DNA of 64,000 bases from an uncultured virus (IMG/VR IMGVR_UViG_3300047181_000007) (Duplodnaviria; Heunggongvirae; Uroviricota; Caudoviricetes). Positions 9,650-21,631 of this stretch are shown here, piece by piece (within the stretch, counting starts at the first letter, position 1; every line of letters begins with the position of its first letter). A program made the position numbers and the translations under genes. Under the pieces are notes generated by a model. It saw only the letters and a program-made list of their open reading frames with translations, had not been told where the DNA came from and made no database searches. The DNA lies in the IMG/VR virus record IMGVR_UViG_3300047181_000007. One strand, written 5' to 3'.

Positions 9650-10459
9650 ATGTATACTAGCACACTCGCAAGTCTAACAATTGAACAAGTAAAGAAACTG
9701 AACGTAAATGCTCGCCCTGAATATACGGACAGCGTTTATAAATTTGGTGTGATTGAGCCAATCATTCTAACCAAATATCAAAAGAAGCTCTATATGATTG
9801 CTGGTCGGCGGCGAGTAGCCAGCCTGCTAGCAGCCTATGATAGAGCAGTTGCAGGAAATGTAGTAGAGGATATGCCATGGGTTCGGGCTGTCAATGCTGT
9901 TATTTATGACAATGTAGACCCTGCTAACCAAGCTGCACTGGCATATATTGAGAATCAGCAACGATCTGAGAATATTGTCGGTGCCTGGGAACTGATGCGT
10001 GAGGCACAGAAGCGTGGCGATTGGGATGAGGTTGCTCAAATCGCTAATCTCAATAAAGGCTATTCCAAGCAGCTTGAGAAGCTAAATCAGCTAAACACTG
10101 AGCTAATTGATGGTTATAAAGCTGGTCGTGTTGCCAAGGGCAATCTATATGAGTGCGCCAAGCTAGGGAAAGCTCGCCAAGAATATTTGGCTGGTATCCT
10201 AGCTGCCAAGGGCAAGATTGTCTCTGATGACATCAAGGGTGCCAAGACTGCCCAAGCAAATGCAGTATTAGCTACTCGCCCTCAAATGGCAGTAAATGCT
10301 GCTACAGCTCCTGTCCAGTCTAAATCTCTATTTCTTGCTATTGAGGCAGACTTTGCTACTTCTGGCGACAAGGGTAAGATTTTCGATGATTTCAACACTG
10401 CCTATGAATTTGCAGTATCTAACAGTCTTGAGTTATATCGACTGGTAAAGGTGGCATAA
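9650..10459 (+). CDS. ParB/Srx N-terminal (CTPase-type) domain protein
   Basis: GVIEPII, MIAGRRRV (GxRR box), IENQQRSE (ENxxR box); AAGGAG RBS at 9638. Confidence 0.8.
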   Translation: MYTSTLASLTIEQVKKLNVNARPEYTDSVYKFGVIEPIILTKYQKKLYMIAGRRRVASLLAAYDRAVAGNVVEDMPWVRAVNAVIYDNVDPANQAALAYIENQQRSENIVGAWELMREAQKRGDWDEVAQIANLNKGYSKQLEKLNQLNTELIDGYKAGRVAKGNLYECAKLGKARQEYLAGILAAKGKIVSDDIKGAKTAQANAVLATRPQMAVNAATAPVQSKSLFLAIEADFATSGDKGKIFDDFNTAYEFAVSNSLELYRLVKVA

Positions 10460-13413
10460 TGAAGAAAACGATTGTAACTATAGCCTGCGATTGGTGCCAT
10501 CAGATAGTGGCTTGTACTGATAGAAACCCAATTCATCAATACAACATTATTGGACCTGACCTTAAGCTACTTTCTCGAAGTCCTGTGGACCTCCATGAGA
10601 AGTGTGAGCAAAAGTTCTATGACTTTGCCGTCTTCCTAGGTGCTCATACTGATATTCATATTGGTTTGCAAAAGGTGGAATAATGGACCTCATAGAAGTT
10701 GCTAAGAAGCGTGATGAGATCATGGCATCACAGAATATCAAGTGTCCTAAATGCGGTGAACACCAATACGCCCCATTTGACAAACTGTACGTAACTGCCT
10801 ATGGCATCTGTTATATGTGTACACCTTGTACACCAGGTCCCGAAGAGGACGAGATAGTTAGACGTGGAGATAACATTCTTACTATTATAGAGGCATAAAA
10901 TGATTGATGATGACAAGATTTACGATGAATGTGTAGCAGAGCTAAGTCCTGAAGCGCAAGCTGACATCTGTGAGCTAAAGAAGATATTGGAAGACAAGCT
11001 CACTGCTAAACGTATGAGGCAGGTTGTAACCAGCTTTGCGAAGAAAATACCTATGGGGCTTGGAGAGAAAGGTCTAAAGGAGCTAATAATTGTATTGATA
11101 AAACAAGGTTATCTATAAAATGAATAATCTTGAGGTAGCCTTCACCGATAAAGGGGTAAACTTCTTTCTTGGTGATATAAAGTTCCTACGTTTTGAGGTC
11201 AATGATCGCTTTGATTATGGACATCGACATCGCCCTAAGAACATCGCTGTATATATCACTACTTATGGCTTCTTTATCAATTATGGAGCCGAACCAGGAG
11301 CCCATAAAAGCTGGAAAGAAGCCTTTGAGTGTCTGCGCAAGCTAGGAGCAACCCAGGTTGAAATAGCACAATTTGCTAAGATAGGTACTGATCGTGGATG
11401 GTCTGATGTAGAGGATGTTGTGCTCTACAGTGGCTGTGCAACTTTATTCTAAAGGGAGAACCATGGAAGTACAAGTTGAGTGGAAGAATAAAGGTAGAAG
11501 TAAGGAATATGGTGTTTTGGCTGTTCCAGTCGATGAAGAGATTGAAGTACGCTTATTTTGGAATGGCTACAATGCCCGTCCTGCGGCTTATATCTTCAAA
11601 GACAAAGATGGTGTTTTGCGGCTGCATGTCAGCGTCAAAAGGGATATAAAGAAGCCAAATAAATGAAAACACCATGAAACTACATCACTTAGTAATGTAT
11701 ATTCAGGGAGTATAGCAAATGAGTAAGAAGAATTACACTGGAGAGGAAGTTTTAGCTGAACTAAAGCAAATGAAACAACATGCTGACCAGATCGCCTTGT
11801 CTGTTTCAGCACTATGGGAATTTTCAGACCGTGACCCCGACTATCACCCATATCAGCTTAGCGCCGAAATGAGTGCAGTCTATCACTTGAACAAAGGGAG
11901 TATAGAGGTCTTGGAAGACCTAATCACAGAAGTGACCGAAGAGGTAGAGTCCGATAAAGAAGTAGAGTCTGATGACTAGTGAAATGTTTCACAAGTCAAA
12001 TTTTGACCTGGAAACCTCCAATAGGAATTTAGAATGAATAAAATCCAGCAATTCGAGATTCGTAACGAAGTCAAGGAGAAACTTGGTAACAGTCTTGAGA
12101 TGTTCAGCTTCTGGCAGATTATAGACTGCTGTGAACTGGAGCCCGAACAGATACGATGGGCTAAAGAGCATCTGACGTGGGATGTGCGATTCTGCACTTC
12201 TCAGGAAGTGGAAGCCAACATCGAGGAACTGAAAGCCGAGGACGACAACCAAATTGTGATGGAATATCTATTCAAAAGCGAGGACCAAAATGAGTGATGT
12301 AACCTTAGATAGATCAACTTATAGTGATGACCGTTATAGCTTGCGTATCAATGGTTCTACCATCTATGAGTGGTATCTACGCCCGAAGGAAGAGAAGTAT
12401 AGCAGTGGATATATTACACGCTACAAGAATCCAGTAAGGAGTTATCCAACTCTGGTTGCTGAGGGCATGGATAAATATAAGCTCGGTTCAACTTTGTCTA
12501 TAAAGCAAATCTATACCATCCTACCAGCCTTCAAGATTCCAATGGACGAGATAGACAAGGACTTTAGAAGGCTTGGATGGGGCAACCTAATTGATAAATA
12601 TGTAAAGGATTCCATCTAATGGAAATCAAAAGTGGTGAATTGTACGAATGCCCATATTGTGGTACTGACCAACAACACATGCAGGCAGAAGACATAGACC
12701 CTGAGTCCTGGCAGCGAGAAGTACTTTGTATGGAGTGCCATCGCAGTTGGAGAGAGAATGCTGCTGTTATAGAGGTTGAGATACCTGAAGAGTATGAAGC
12801 TGCTTATAAAGCAAAGCATCCAGATGAACCAGTAATTATGCGTCAACGGGTATTCAATCCTCAGCCTAAGCCAGAGAAGAAAGGGAAGAAATGAAAATTC
12901 CAATGATGAAATGCGGTCACTCAGCTAATGCAGAGGACGGGCATGGTAATCCTGCCTGTGCTATCTGTGCTCCTTACCCACCAGCATATCAAGTATGGGA
13001 GAACCCACCTGATATGAGTGAGCGCATGGCTAGGTGTACCTACTATGGTAAACCTACTCGTAAGAGCGAGTGTGATGCTTGTGACCACAATGGTACAAAA
13101 GAGCCACATGTTTGTCAATGTGAGCGACCTAGCAGTACAGAGCTAGCTTTCTTTGAGTACAAGCCTGAGTGTAAGTTTGATAACTTCTATTGTGGATGTC
13201 ACAGTTGGGACTAAAATGATAACAATTGAAGATGTAAAGAGACACATCAAGATTTGCAAACGCAAGAATGTCAGGTATGACTGGCTGCGTTTTGTCGAGA
13301 ACCAAGACCTAACTCCCGAAGTTGAAGCCCTATTTTCTGTTGGCGTGGGCTGGTGGGATTGGGTGAAAGGTAATAGTAAACTGTGGAAGCTACAAGAAGC
13401 TGAGGCAGACTAA
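10459..13413 (+). other. Run of about 11 small hypothetical CDS, several Cys-rich/Zn-ribbon
   Basis: ORFs 10459, 10683, 10900, 11120, 11463, 11719, 12034, 12290, 12619, 12891, 13215; CxxC pairs. Confidence 0.6.
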
Positions 13414-13414
13414 A

Positions 13415-13891
13415 ATGGCTATTCAGTATAAGAAACAATGGGATGTACCATCCAGTAGCTCAGATAAACTCTATAAGGTGTCATTGACAATGGATGACCA
13501 GTATCAGTGTTCTTGCCCTGTATGGATATTCCATCGTAAGGAGTGCAAGCATATCCAGGCTGTCAAGGATGGGCAATATGAAGACGTCCTCCAATTTATC
13601 AAGACCTATAATCTAACCTTTGGCATGGTTCGAGAGGTCACTATCGAAGATGATCTGAATACTGTACTAGTGCCACTATTACCGATTGGCGACACTGATT
13701 TCCTAGCTACCATTGTGTACGACTTGCTTCAGCTTGGTGTACCCTGGCACTCTATCGTAGAACTTGAGCACCTACCTAAAGAGTGGAAGATACAGGCAGT
13801 CAAGCAACACGTACAGCAGAAAGGGCGTAAAATCTATGGTGAATGGGTAGAGAAGCAAGGCTTTGTTGGATACCAATATATTTCCATCTAA
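13415..13891 (+). CDS. SWIM zinc-finger protein
   Basis: Y.V......CSCPVW.....CKHI (CxC...CxH). Confidence 0.8.
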   Translation: MAIQYKKQWDVPSSSSDKLYKVSLTMDDQYQCSCPVWIFHRKECKHIQAVKDGQYEDVLQFIKTYNLTFGMVREVTIEDDLNTVLVPLLPIGDTDFLATIVYDLLQLGVPWHSIVELEHLPKEWKIQAVKQHVQQKGRKIYGEWVEKQGFVGYQYISI

Positions 13892-13906
13892 TAGAACGGA
13901 GGATAC

Positions 13907-14464
13907 ATGACAGCACACAAGGAAGCTGAAGTCCGTTGGAAGTTTACTGCTAATCGACATGGTATCTTCACTCATAAATATGGTGATGTACGCTACTGTA
14001 TATACTGCCATAAGGCATTACCAAAGAGTGAGTTGAAGCCTGACTATGTTTGCGGTATAATAGCTATCTACGTTGAGTGTAAGAACTCGGACGGAACTGG
14101 TCGGTGGGCATGGTCAGAGATTTCCGAAATGGGAGAACGTAAGAACCAGCGCACTTTCTTGTTAGAAAATGGTGGCTGGCTTTTCATTCAATTGGGGGAT
14201 GAACCCGCACCTAATGGCAAGTCTGCTTACCTGCTTCCCTTCTCCGTTTGGGTTGATGAAATTGAACCAGTATTGATAGCTAAGAAGATGCAGTCTATTC
14301 GTAGAGAGACAGTCGGTGAACGGATAGGCGCAGATGAATTGCTCATGGAGTTCAGACTGATTTGGGCTGAAGGTGGATGGGCAATTCCTAAGACACATCA
14401 CTGGTGGCATGTCGTACTGGAGAAATTGATAACTGAGAAGAGAAAGGTAGAGCAAATGGTATGA
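13907..14464 (+). CDS. PD-(D/E)xK-like nuclease, possibly a RecU-like resolvase
   Basis: CIYC followed by KPDY...YVECKN. Confidence 0.55.
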   Translation: MTAHKEAEVRWKFTANRHGIFTHKYGDVRYCIYCHKALPKSELKPDYVCGIIAIYVECKNSDGTGRWAWSEISEMGERKNQRTFLLENGGWLFIQLGDEPAPNGKSAYLLPFSVWVDEIEPVLIAKKMQSIRRETVGERIGADELLMEFRLIWAEGGWAIPKTHHWWHVVLEKLITEKRKVEQMV

Positions 14465-15411
14465 ATGCCAAGGATGTAAGTTCATTAGAGTTTATTACCC
14501 TGCCACACATGAACCAAGAGATTGACGATGATGAGTTACTCTCTACTGATCTCCCTGGCAGAGCCAAGCTCCTCGCTATTCGTGCTGTGCAAGCTCACTA
14601 TCGTGGGATTATGCGCCAGCTAAAGGAAAGCGAGGAGAAATTTTATCAGCAGAGAGCGCTTGACACTGCTAAGTATCTCGCTATTTCGGATCTCCCAAAG
14701 CTAGGTGATGCAGCTGAAGATGCATGGTTATTCCTGAGTGATGAAGCCAACAGAACGGGGTGGTTCACTCAGGATTATTTTACTTACCAGACATTGGATG
14801 AGCTGCTAGCATCTACTTGGGGAGATGAAGAAGCAAGCCGTAGTGAATTGAGTGATCGAAAGTTTGTAGTCACTGAATTGTTACCAGCGGCAAGAGATAT
14901 GGGTATTCCTGCGGGTGAGTTGCTCTCAGTTACCATGCAGAATCGTAAGATGAGGCGCCTTGTTCCTACTGCCAGACAACTAATCAATAGGGATGATATT
15001 ACTCCTGAAGAAAAGAAAGAAGGCATGGACATACTTATTGGATTAGCCGCCAATCCAAGAGTTCACTATGCCGAGTTTGATGAGAAGCTAGATATATTCA
15101 ATGGCAAGATTGCTAAAGAGCCAGAGGTAATTCGAGGCTTCAAGTATATGGTACCTGGTGGCGACACTGTTTTCTATATCCGTGTTCAGAGTGCAGAACA
15201 AGAACGGATTGTTGAGTTAGCTCTAAAGAACAGAGCCGAGTTGCCACTAACTGATCTTACCCAACTATTTAGAGATGTACTAGTGATGTTGAAGTCTGGT
15301 CGAGCTGAAGTAGCAAACGATAGTACATTCTTACCTAAACTAATATCAATCTTCGAGGGAGTAGACTATGGGAAATCCCATGCCGAGCAAGTTAGTTTGC
15401 CAGTGGACTGA
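14461..15411 (+). CDS. Hypothetical protein
   Basis: 316-aa ORF with ATGA overlap. Confidence 0.75.
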   Translation: MNAKDVSSLEFITLPHMNQEIDDDELLSTDLPGRAKLLAIRAVQAHYRGIMRQLKESEEKFYQQRALDTAKYLAISDLPKLGDAAEDAWLFLSDEANRTGWFTQDYFTYQTLDELLASTWGDEEASRSELSDRKFVVTELLPAARDMGIPAGELLSVTMQNRKMRRLVPTARQLINRDDITPEEKKEGMDILIGLAANPRVHYAEFDEKLDIFNGKIAKEPEVIRGFKYMVPGGDTVFYIRVQSAEQERIVELALKNRAELPLTDLTQLFRDVLVMLKSGRAEVANDSTFLPKLISIFEGVDYGKSHAEQVSLPVD

Positions 15412-16748
15412 TGGCTCTGCAACACCTGTAGAGATGTATGTACCACTAAAAGTCTATGTACTATACAACATTGATGTACCTATTGCCTCTTTCTGGAGTA
15501 AGAAACAAGCAGAGGAAGCACGAGATGAGGTACTTGACCATATTATGAGCATAGCTGGACGACCTCTTGATGTATGTATGATGTTCAATATTAAGGAAGT
15601 CCCAACACCAGCTCTATACTCACTAATAACAGGGAGAAACTACGATGGCAAAGCCTAGGGTACAGACTGTCGAGCAAGTAAGAGCTGCGTTCTATGAACG
15701 TGCTCGGTTTGAGTCTGGTCTAACTGAGAATGAGATTAGGGAGGTGTTACTGGCTAACTTTGATAGCTTCAATATCCAGCGTCTTGATGAGTATATGAAA
15801 GTACTCAAGGCAGAAGGTAAAGAGCGCCGTGAGAAACAGTCACTTGAAGATAAGCGCACTGCGCTTCGCAATCGCATTCCACTTCCAGTAGAGCCAGACC
15901 CTTGCCCGATTGAAGGTTGTACTGGTCACAAGGTTGCTCCTGGTCGAGGAGAAAGTTGGGCTTGGGTTTGTTCCGAAGGTGGGCTACATCATTTCTTAGT
16001 GGATAACATCAGCAGGACATTAGGAATAGCTCACGAAAAGTTCATCATAAAGCTACAGGAGAAACCTAATGCGACTCCGCAAAGTGACCAGCCGAACTAG
16101 GCATGAGCATGAGCACACTCGTGAAAGAGGCTTTGAACGCTACAATATGGAGTTCTCTAGGAAAGTTGAGAGAGATATTTACGAGCAGATTACTACTCAG
16201 CAAGCTATCTTTCTACACAAACTGAGCTTGCGTGCTAGCGTATGGCTAGTGACTACAAACGGACAATTTGCAACTATTGTTTATGACAAGAAACGCCGTG
16301 TGATTGCAACAGTACTCCCGATGGATAATAGATATGTGAGAAGGTATAACAGGTTGAGTAGGATTGAAAGGGAGAACCATGACCGAGAAAGAGAAAGCCA
16401 AATTAGTAGCCAAAGCCATCCGTAGTTATGCTCAGGAGCATTTTGGATGGGCAGCCAAGTATCACCCCGATGATCGAGAGAAGTGGGAAACGCTGATGAA
16501 TGCAGCCGATAGAATAGAAGGAAAGACGGAGGTGCGCTATGAAATTCAAAACAGTTAGCCAGCAACTAGATTTCATGGCGATACAAGCCAGTCTAGTATC
16601 CGTAACAGAGCTACTATCTAAGTATAAACCTAATCCCACTCTAAAGCCGCTAGCTGTACATATCAATGCAGCTGCGGAGATCGTGTCACTAATACTTATG
16701 GAGAATAAGCCAAATGAACATGCACAAGAAACTTTGGATAGTGTGTAG
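15368..16748 (+). other. Small hypothetical CDS (15368-15658, 15645-16100, 16069-16425, 16379-16558, 16539-16748)
   Basis: Overlapping co-oriented ORFs with RBS. Confidence 0.55.
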
Positions 16749-16941
16749 GGAGAAAGAGTCTTACCAGATTGGGATTGACACTGAACACCACCGTATGTCA
16801 GACTGTTCCTGTGGTTGCAAGCATTTCCTTGAGCTGAAAGGCAAACTTGGGATGGATTGGGGTATATGCTCCTGCTTGATGTCACCACGAGCGGGTTTAC
16901 TCACCTTTGAGCACATGGGGTGCAACCAGTACGAGGAATAG
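16714..16941 (+). CDS. DUF3027-like Cys-rich protein
   Basis: CSCGCKHF..L.G..GMDWGIC....SPRAG.LTFEH.GC. Confidence 0.7.
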   Translation: MNMHKKLWIVCREKESYQIGIDTEHHRMSDCSCGCKHFLELKGKLGMDWGICSCLMSPRAGLLTFEHMGCNQYEE

Positions 16942-16942
16942 C

Positions 16943-17248
16943 ATGAGCAGGAAGCGAGTAACTAGCTATGGACCTAAGCAAGTTACAATATTGGGTATGG
17001 AGCTGGACGAATGGAAGTACGCCTCCTGCATAGCTCACTTTGGAACTGCTAATGATTGGGCTACACTGTATGATATTGAAAGCTCCAAGCTATCTCATGG
17101 ACATGCTACTAGATTGCTCTTGAAAGCAAAGCAGTACTATGAGCAGCACGGCAAGATCGTTGGAGGCAGTGTAGCCCTGAACGATAGGATGTCGAACCTA
17201 TATAAGAAAGTTGGAATACCAGAATACCACGGGGATGAGGGCTTGTGA
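16943..17248 (+). CDS. GNAT-like acetyltransferase
   Basis: LYDIES...HGHATRLL (motif A-like) ... N.....LYKKVG. Confidence 0.55.
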   Translation: MSRKRVTSYGPKQVTILGMELDEWKYASCIAHFGTANDWATLYDIESSKLSHGHATRLLLKAKQYYEQHGKIVGGSVALNDRMSNLYKKVGIPEYHGDEGL

Positions 17249-18443
17249 AATGGAGATTAGCCACATGAAACTATTTATATGTAGCAGATGTGAGGATATT
17301 GTGAAGTTGAGAGTAGGACGGTGGCGGTGGTGTGAATGTGGCAAGAGTGCTGGTAGATACTCGGCTGATGGTGACAATGCTGAGTTTGCTGGCAAAGCTG
17401 TTCCCTTTGGGATAGGCAATGGTTACTTTGGTATAGCTCTTAGAGAGAGAGCTATGTTTATTGGCTGGTTCTATGGTGGGATGATAGATGGTATAAAGAT
17501 ACACTATACTAGAATGCCACGGAGAAAGAAGATATGACCGATCTATATGTAAAAGTAACTAGCAGCTTTTGGGACCTCAAGCATAACATCAAGCCAAGAC
17601 ATCACTCAATGATGGGGCATAGCCAGTTCTTAGTAGAGTATCTACCTGGAGAGTGGGCACATCCTGAGACACCATTCCCTTCTAAGCTCTTTATATTCAA
17701 AGACCTTGCGGTCTGCATCGAGAATGTAAAGCTATCACCAGCTCCAGAGATAGCAGATTACTTTGAGGGCACAATTGCTTGGTGGTGCGAGGCGATCAAA
17801 CCATTCTATCCAACCACATTCTTGTGGGGTCCTCCTGACGATGTAATCCAGCAGTACTGGCAAGTCTATGAAAGAGATGGCTTTATCGGCAGTAAGGCAT
17901 TTGCTCGGTGCTACTATCGCAGGGGAACAGGCACTATGATGGCAGATGCAGTCAAGCTAGTAAGCTGTGTAACCGTATCTGATATTAGAAAGGCACAAAA
18001 TGGCTAAGCAAGAGCTAGAGCTGATGACCAAGAAAAGGATTGAGAAATATCCTACTGCTATCCAAGTTATAATCAACTTTGAGTTCACAGATGAAGAGCG
18101 TAAGAGAATCAGGAACACTTTGGCTACTCAGCTGGATGCTGGCTGTTTGCAAGTAAGACTAAGACTAGGTGAGATGTACTTCTACATGACAAGGAGAGTA
18201 GCTAACTGGATGGCAAGGCAGCTATTCTTTGTGAAAGAGATCGACTGTTTCTATCCCATGACATGGTACTGTATCCAAAAGATATGGACCGAGAAGGATG
18301 AGCAGAAACTGCACGAGAAATACCTTGTGCTCAAGGAACAGGCTGAGAAACAAGCTGCTTTCTATGAAGAGAGGCGCAAAGAGATGTTTGGTCAACCTGA
18401 GATAGTAGGCTACGGAAATGGAGAGCCACAAAATGAACAATAA
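17229..18443 (+). other. Three hypothetical CDS (about 17229-17537 Cys-rich, 17534-18007, 18000-18443)
   Basis: Coupled ORFs; C..C...CECGKS in the first. Confidence 0.6.
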
Positions 18444-18535
18444 ACTAAGTGCCAATGACAAAATATTGATCGCCTTTGTGATAGTTGTGTTCTTGATACT
18501 AGTCTGTGGTGGTATTCCTATTCTACCTATCCACT

Positions 18536-18567
18536 AACTGAAAAGGTTTTCAGTTTTATGGTATAAT
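18536..18567 (+). promoter_or_regulatory. Promoter of the replication/recombination operon with a perfect inverted repeat
   Basis: AACTGAAAA-gg-TTTTCAGTT followed by TGGTATAAT. Confidence 0.75.
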
Positions 18568-18589
18568 ATAGATAAAGGGAGATGATGAA

Positions 18590-19363
18590 ATGGCTAATGA
18601 AAAGCCTGTACTTACACCTATAAATGAAAAGCCAACCATCGCTATCATAGGCGACCCTGGCGCAGGCAAGACAAGACTTGCCACTCTTTATCCTGATGTC
18701 TATTTCCTTGATGCTGAGGGTGGTGCAGGAAGTGCAGTACCACCAGAAAGGCGTAAAGGATTTGAGATCGGACCCCAACTTCTAACAGAAATCAAAACTC
18801 AAATTGCATATCTAAGAACCTTGCCTTACAAAGACAAGCGCATTCTATTAGATGGAATGCCAATCGGTGCTGTAGTTATTGACTCGCTTGATGCTATCCA
18901 GCAAGTCTATAAATACGAGAGCTTGCTTGGTGGTGGAAAGACTTGGAAAGAACCACGGCAGATGTGGGGCAAACTACTAGACGACATGATACCACTGGTC
19001 TACATGGCAAAGAAACTGCCTATTCCTAGTATTTGGGTTGCTCATGTCAAGGTAGAGGAACCTGTCTATAACTATGAGCAACTCCGCAAGCCAGGATGGA
19101 GAGGTATCGCAGCTCAAGGTGCATTGGAAGACCAGGTAATGAGATGGTTTGATTATGTTCTGCATCTCTATATCGAGAAAGACTTCAAGCGTACCTGTAT
19201 CTGCCAGCCTACTATCTATAATGACTATCGTATCACTGCCAAGGACAGGCACTATACATTCAAGCTGATTGGCAAGACGCAGTTTCCGATTGCAGTTGAT
19301 GAAGCCACAGGATTTCCAGTATCTAAGGTAATGCAGGTGATCTATGACCGACACATCTACTAA
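18590..19363 (+). CDS. AAA_24 / Sak4-like P-loop ATPase (recombination/annealing)
   Basis: Walker A GDPGAGKT, FLDAEGG, Walker B VVIDSLD, WVAH, AKDR. Confidence 0.85.
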   Translation: MANEKPVLTPINEKPTIAIIGDPGAGKTRLATLYPDVYFLDAEGGAGSAVPPERRKGFEIGPQLLTEIKTQIAYLRTLPYKDKRILLDGMPIGAVVIDSLDAIQQVYKYESLLGGGKTWKEPRQMWGKLLDDMIPLVYMAKKLPIPSIWVAHVKVEEPVYNYEQLRKPGWRGIAAQGALEDQVMRWFDYVLHLYIEKDFKRTCICQPTIYNDYRITAKDRHYTFKLIGKTQFPIAVDEATGFPVSKVMQVIYDRHIY

Positions 19364-19721
19364 GACATTAGAGAACTGCTCAAGAGCTGAACTAATAAGA
19401 TACATTCATATTCTACAATCTCAGAAGGCTGCCCAAGCAGAACGTACTAAGAACCTTGAGAATGCTATCTCAGAGCAGCACACGGCATGGACTAAGGCAT
19501 TTGATAAACTAGAATCACCACACAGGCATGCCCAAGATACAGACAAGATGCTATTGTGGTTACTTGAGCTGCATGCTGATATTCGACCCCTGCTTGGGGT
19601 AGCCAACAAGAAATATGGTATGTACGAACTTAGCCACAGAGATAAAGCTAATCCCGACAAGAAAAGAGTGGCTACTGTATTGTGTGAAATCTTGCATTAC
19701 TTTGATTGGGATGACGAATAA
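19344..19721 (+). CDS. Hypothetical protein
   Basis: 125-aa ORF in operon. Confidence 0.6.
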   Translation: MTDTSTKTLENCSRAELIRYIHILQSQKAAQAERTKNLENAISEQHTAWTKAFDKLESPHRHAQDTDKMLLWLLELHADIRPLLGVANKKYGMYELSHRDKANPDKKRVATVLCEILHYFDWDDE

Positions 19722-19942
19722 TGACACGCCCAAAAGTTGAAGACTACACAGATATTCTGCACTTTATAGCCTATTTCACACTCGTGCATGGATATGCACC
19801 ATCAGTAAGAGAGATCGCAGTAGGAACAAGACTGAAATCTACAAGCAATGTCTCTTATGCACTAAACAGGCTGGAAGAAGATGGCAGAATTGCTCGAACA
19901 CCAAGAACATCTAGGACTATTGTATTGCTGGAGGTTGTATAA
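19721..19942 (+). CDS. LexA-type DNA-binding domain protein (no peptidase domain)
   Basis: GYAPSVREIA....KSTSNVSYALNRLEEDGRI.R....SRTI. Confidence 0.9.
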   Translation: MTRPKVEDYTDILHFIAYFTLVHGYAPSVREIAVGTRLKSTSNVSYALNRLEEDGRIARTPRTSRTIVLLEVV

Positions 19943-20325
19943 TGAACGAACCTCGATATGTGGACGATGAATTTGGCGATGGCGAAATGCTGGATATTAG
20001 TAGAGCTGCTATTGGCTACCACAATCTAGTTGTTTCTGCTATGGTGGCTACTGGTCGTTCAGGTAAGAAGTTCAAGGACACTGTTGAGCTACACGCATGG
20101 CAGAAGATCGAAGACATGATTGCAGGAAGAATGATAAGCCTATCTTGGGCAGAATACTGTATCAAGTGGGCTGAGAAGAAGAATGGGGGGCAACGTGCCA
20201 CAATCATCACCTTCCCTAAACTCTGCAAATTCATAGCTAATCTTGGTAAGTATGATGTATGGAATGCAAGACAAGACAGAGGACATCCTGAGCTAAGTCA
20301 CATGAAGACGCTCCGTGACTTATGA
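19942..20325 (+). CDS. Hypothetical protein, possibly a replication initiator or helicase loader
   Basis: Position directly before the helicase; no motif recognised. Confidence 0.5.
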   Translation: MNEPRYVDDEFGDGEMLDISRAAIGYHNLVVSAMVATGRSGKKFKDTVELHAWQKIEDMIAGRMISLSWAEYCIKWAEKKNGGQRATIITFPKLCKFIANLGKYDVWNARQDRGHPELSHMKTLRDL

Positions 20326-21374
20326 CAAAGCCAGTCAATCCACCTGATGTAATCTTTGACCCTGATGATGTAAGCCGTAGGACTGTCAGTTCTATTGAAC
20401 GTATCTCTCAGCAGCAGGACCTAAGTCTTATTGCTGGTATCTCCTCAATAGATGCAGTTCTCAAGCCTCTTATGCCTAACCGCATGACAGGGATACTTGG
20501 CTATACCTCTAATGGCAAGAGTACTCTAGCCAATGCAATTGCCCGACACAACGCTCGTGAACTAATAACCATCAATGCTAATCAGGCAGTAACTAAGCCT
20601 CCACGAGCGGTAGTTACGTTCACATGGGAGCAAACTGTAGAAGAGCAAGGGCTGGATGATATTGCCCATATTATCAAACTGCCTGTTGGTCTACTCTATA
20701 CTGGCAATCTTACAGCTGAGCAATGGATTGTCTTCAAAGATGGTGCCATGAGGCGCAGTTTGCTGCCATGGTGGGTGATTGGTCACTCCTCAGAAGACAA
20801 TAAACGCAGACCAAGAATGAATATGGATGATGTAGCTTTAGTTATGGGATGGTTGGTAGACAAAATGAATATCAATCCAACCCTCGTAGTGCTAGATTAC
20901 TTACAACGAATCAATAGGGATAAGGAGCTATCACAGGCTACTATGCGTGAGTCTTTTATCGAGATAGTTGATCGAGCTAAAGACATGACCCACTCCTTTC
21001 ACTGCCATACAATTCTGGTAAGCCAAGCTAAGCGAGAAGTGAACAATGGAAAGTGGTGCCTACCACAGCTGGAAGACTCACAGGAAACTAGTAACTTCGA
21101 GCAAACTTGTGATGCTATTCTAAGCACATGGCTACCCAAGAACACCTTTCCACTTACTGCTGATGGCAATGACCCACTCAAGGTCAATGGTATAGACTTT
21201 GATGTAGATGAGAACCTGATGATAGTTGGTATAATCAAACAGAAGAAAGGAATATGTCCAGTTACTATACCATTGCATGTAGATTGGGATACCTATACAA
21301 TTTCTGCAATCCAAACAACCAACCTTGATATAGCCACAGGCAAAATGCCACACGGAAGGATAGGAAGAAGGTGA
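20322..21374 (+). CDS. DnaB-like SF4 replicative helicase (C-terminal domain)
   Basis: GYTSNGKST, TWEQ, VLDYLQRI, LVSQAKR, EQTCD, IKQKKG. Confidence 0.9.
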   Translation: MTKPVNPPDVIFDPDDVSRRTVSSIERISQQQDLSLIAGISSIDAVLKPLMPNRMTGILGYTSNGKSTLANAIARHNARELITINANQAVTKPPRAVVTFTWEQTVEEQGLDDIAHIIKLPVGLLYTGNLTAEQWIVFKDGAMRRSLLPWWVIGHSSEDNKRRPRMNMDDVALVMGWLVDKMNINPTLVVLDYLQRINRDKELSQATMRESFIEIVDRAKDMTHSFHCHTILVSQAKREVNNGKWCLPQLEDSQETSNFEQTCDAILSTWLPKNTFPLTADGNDPLKVNGIDFDVDENLMIVGIIKQKKGICPVTIPLHVDWDTYTISAIQTTNLDIATGKMPHGRIGRR

Positions 21375-21631
21375 GAGATGATATTGGCGCTACGGATTTT
21401 GTGCTTGAATATGATGGCAAAGTGCTCTCATTCTCGCCAGTCGCCACACAACAGTATGACAACTGTACTATTGAGGCTGGCAAAGTAGAGGGACACGATG
21501 ACGATAATGTCTACATACGCATCACGAAAGATGGCAAAGACCTGGCTTTCAATTTGCTAAAACAGGATGAGGGCTTAGCAGTAATTTGGGTATTGGCTTG
21601 CACTCTAAACAATATGGAGAATGAGAAATGA
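21371..21631 (+). CDS. Hypothetical protein
   Basis: 86-aa coupled ORF. Confidence 0.55.
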   Translation: MRDDIGATDFVLEYDGKVLSFSPVATQQYDNCTIEAGKVEGHDDDNVYIRITKDGKDLAFNLLKQDEGLAVIWVLACTLNNMENEK

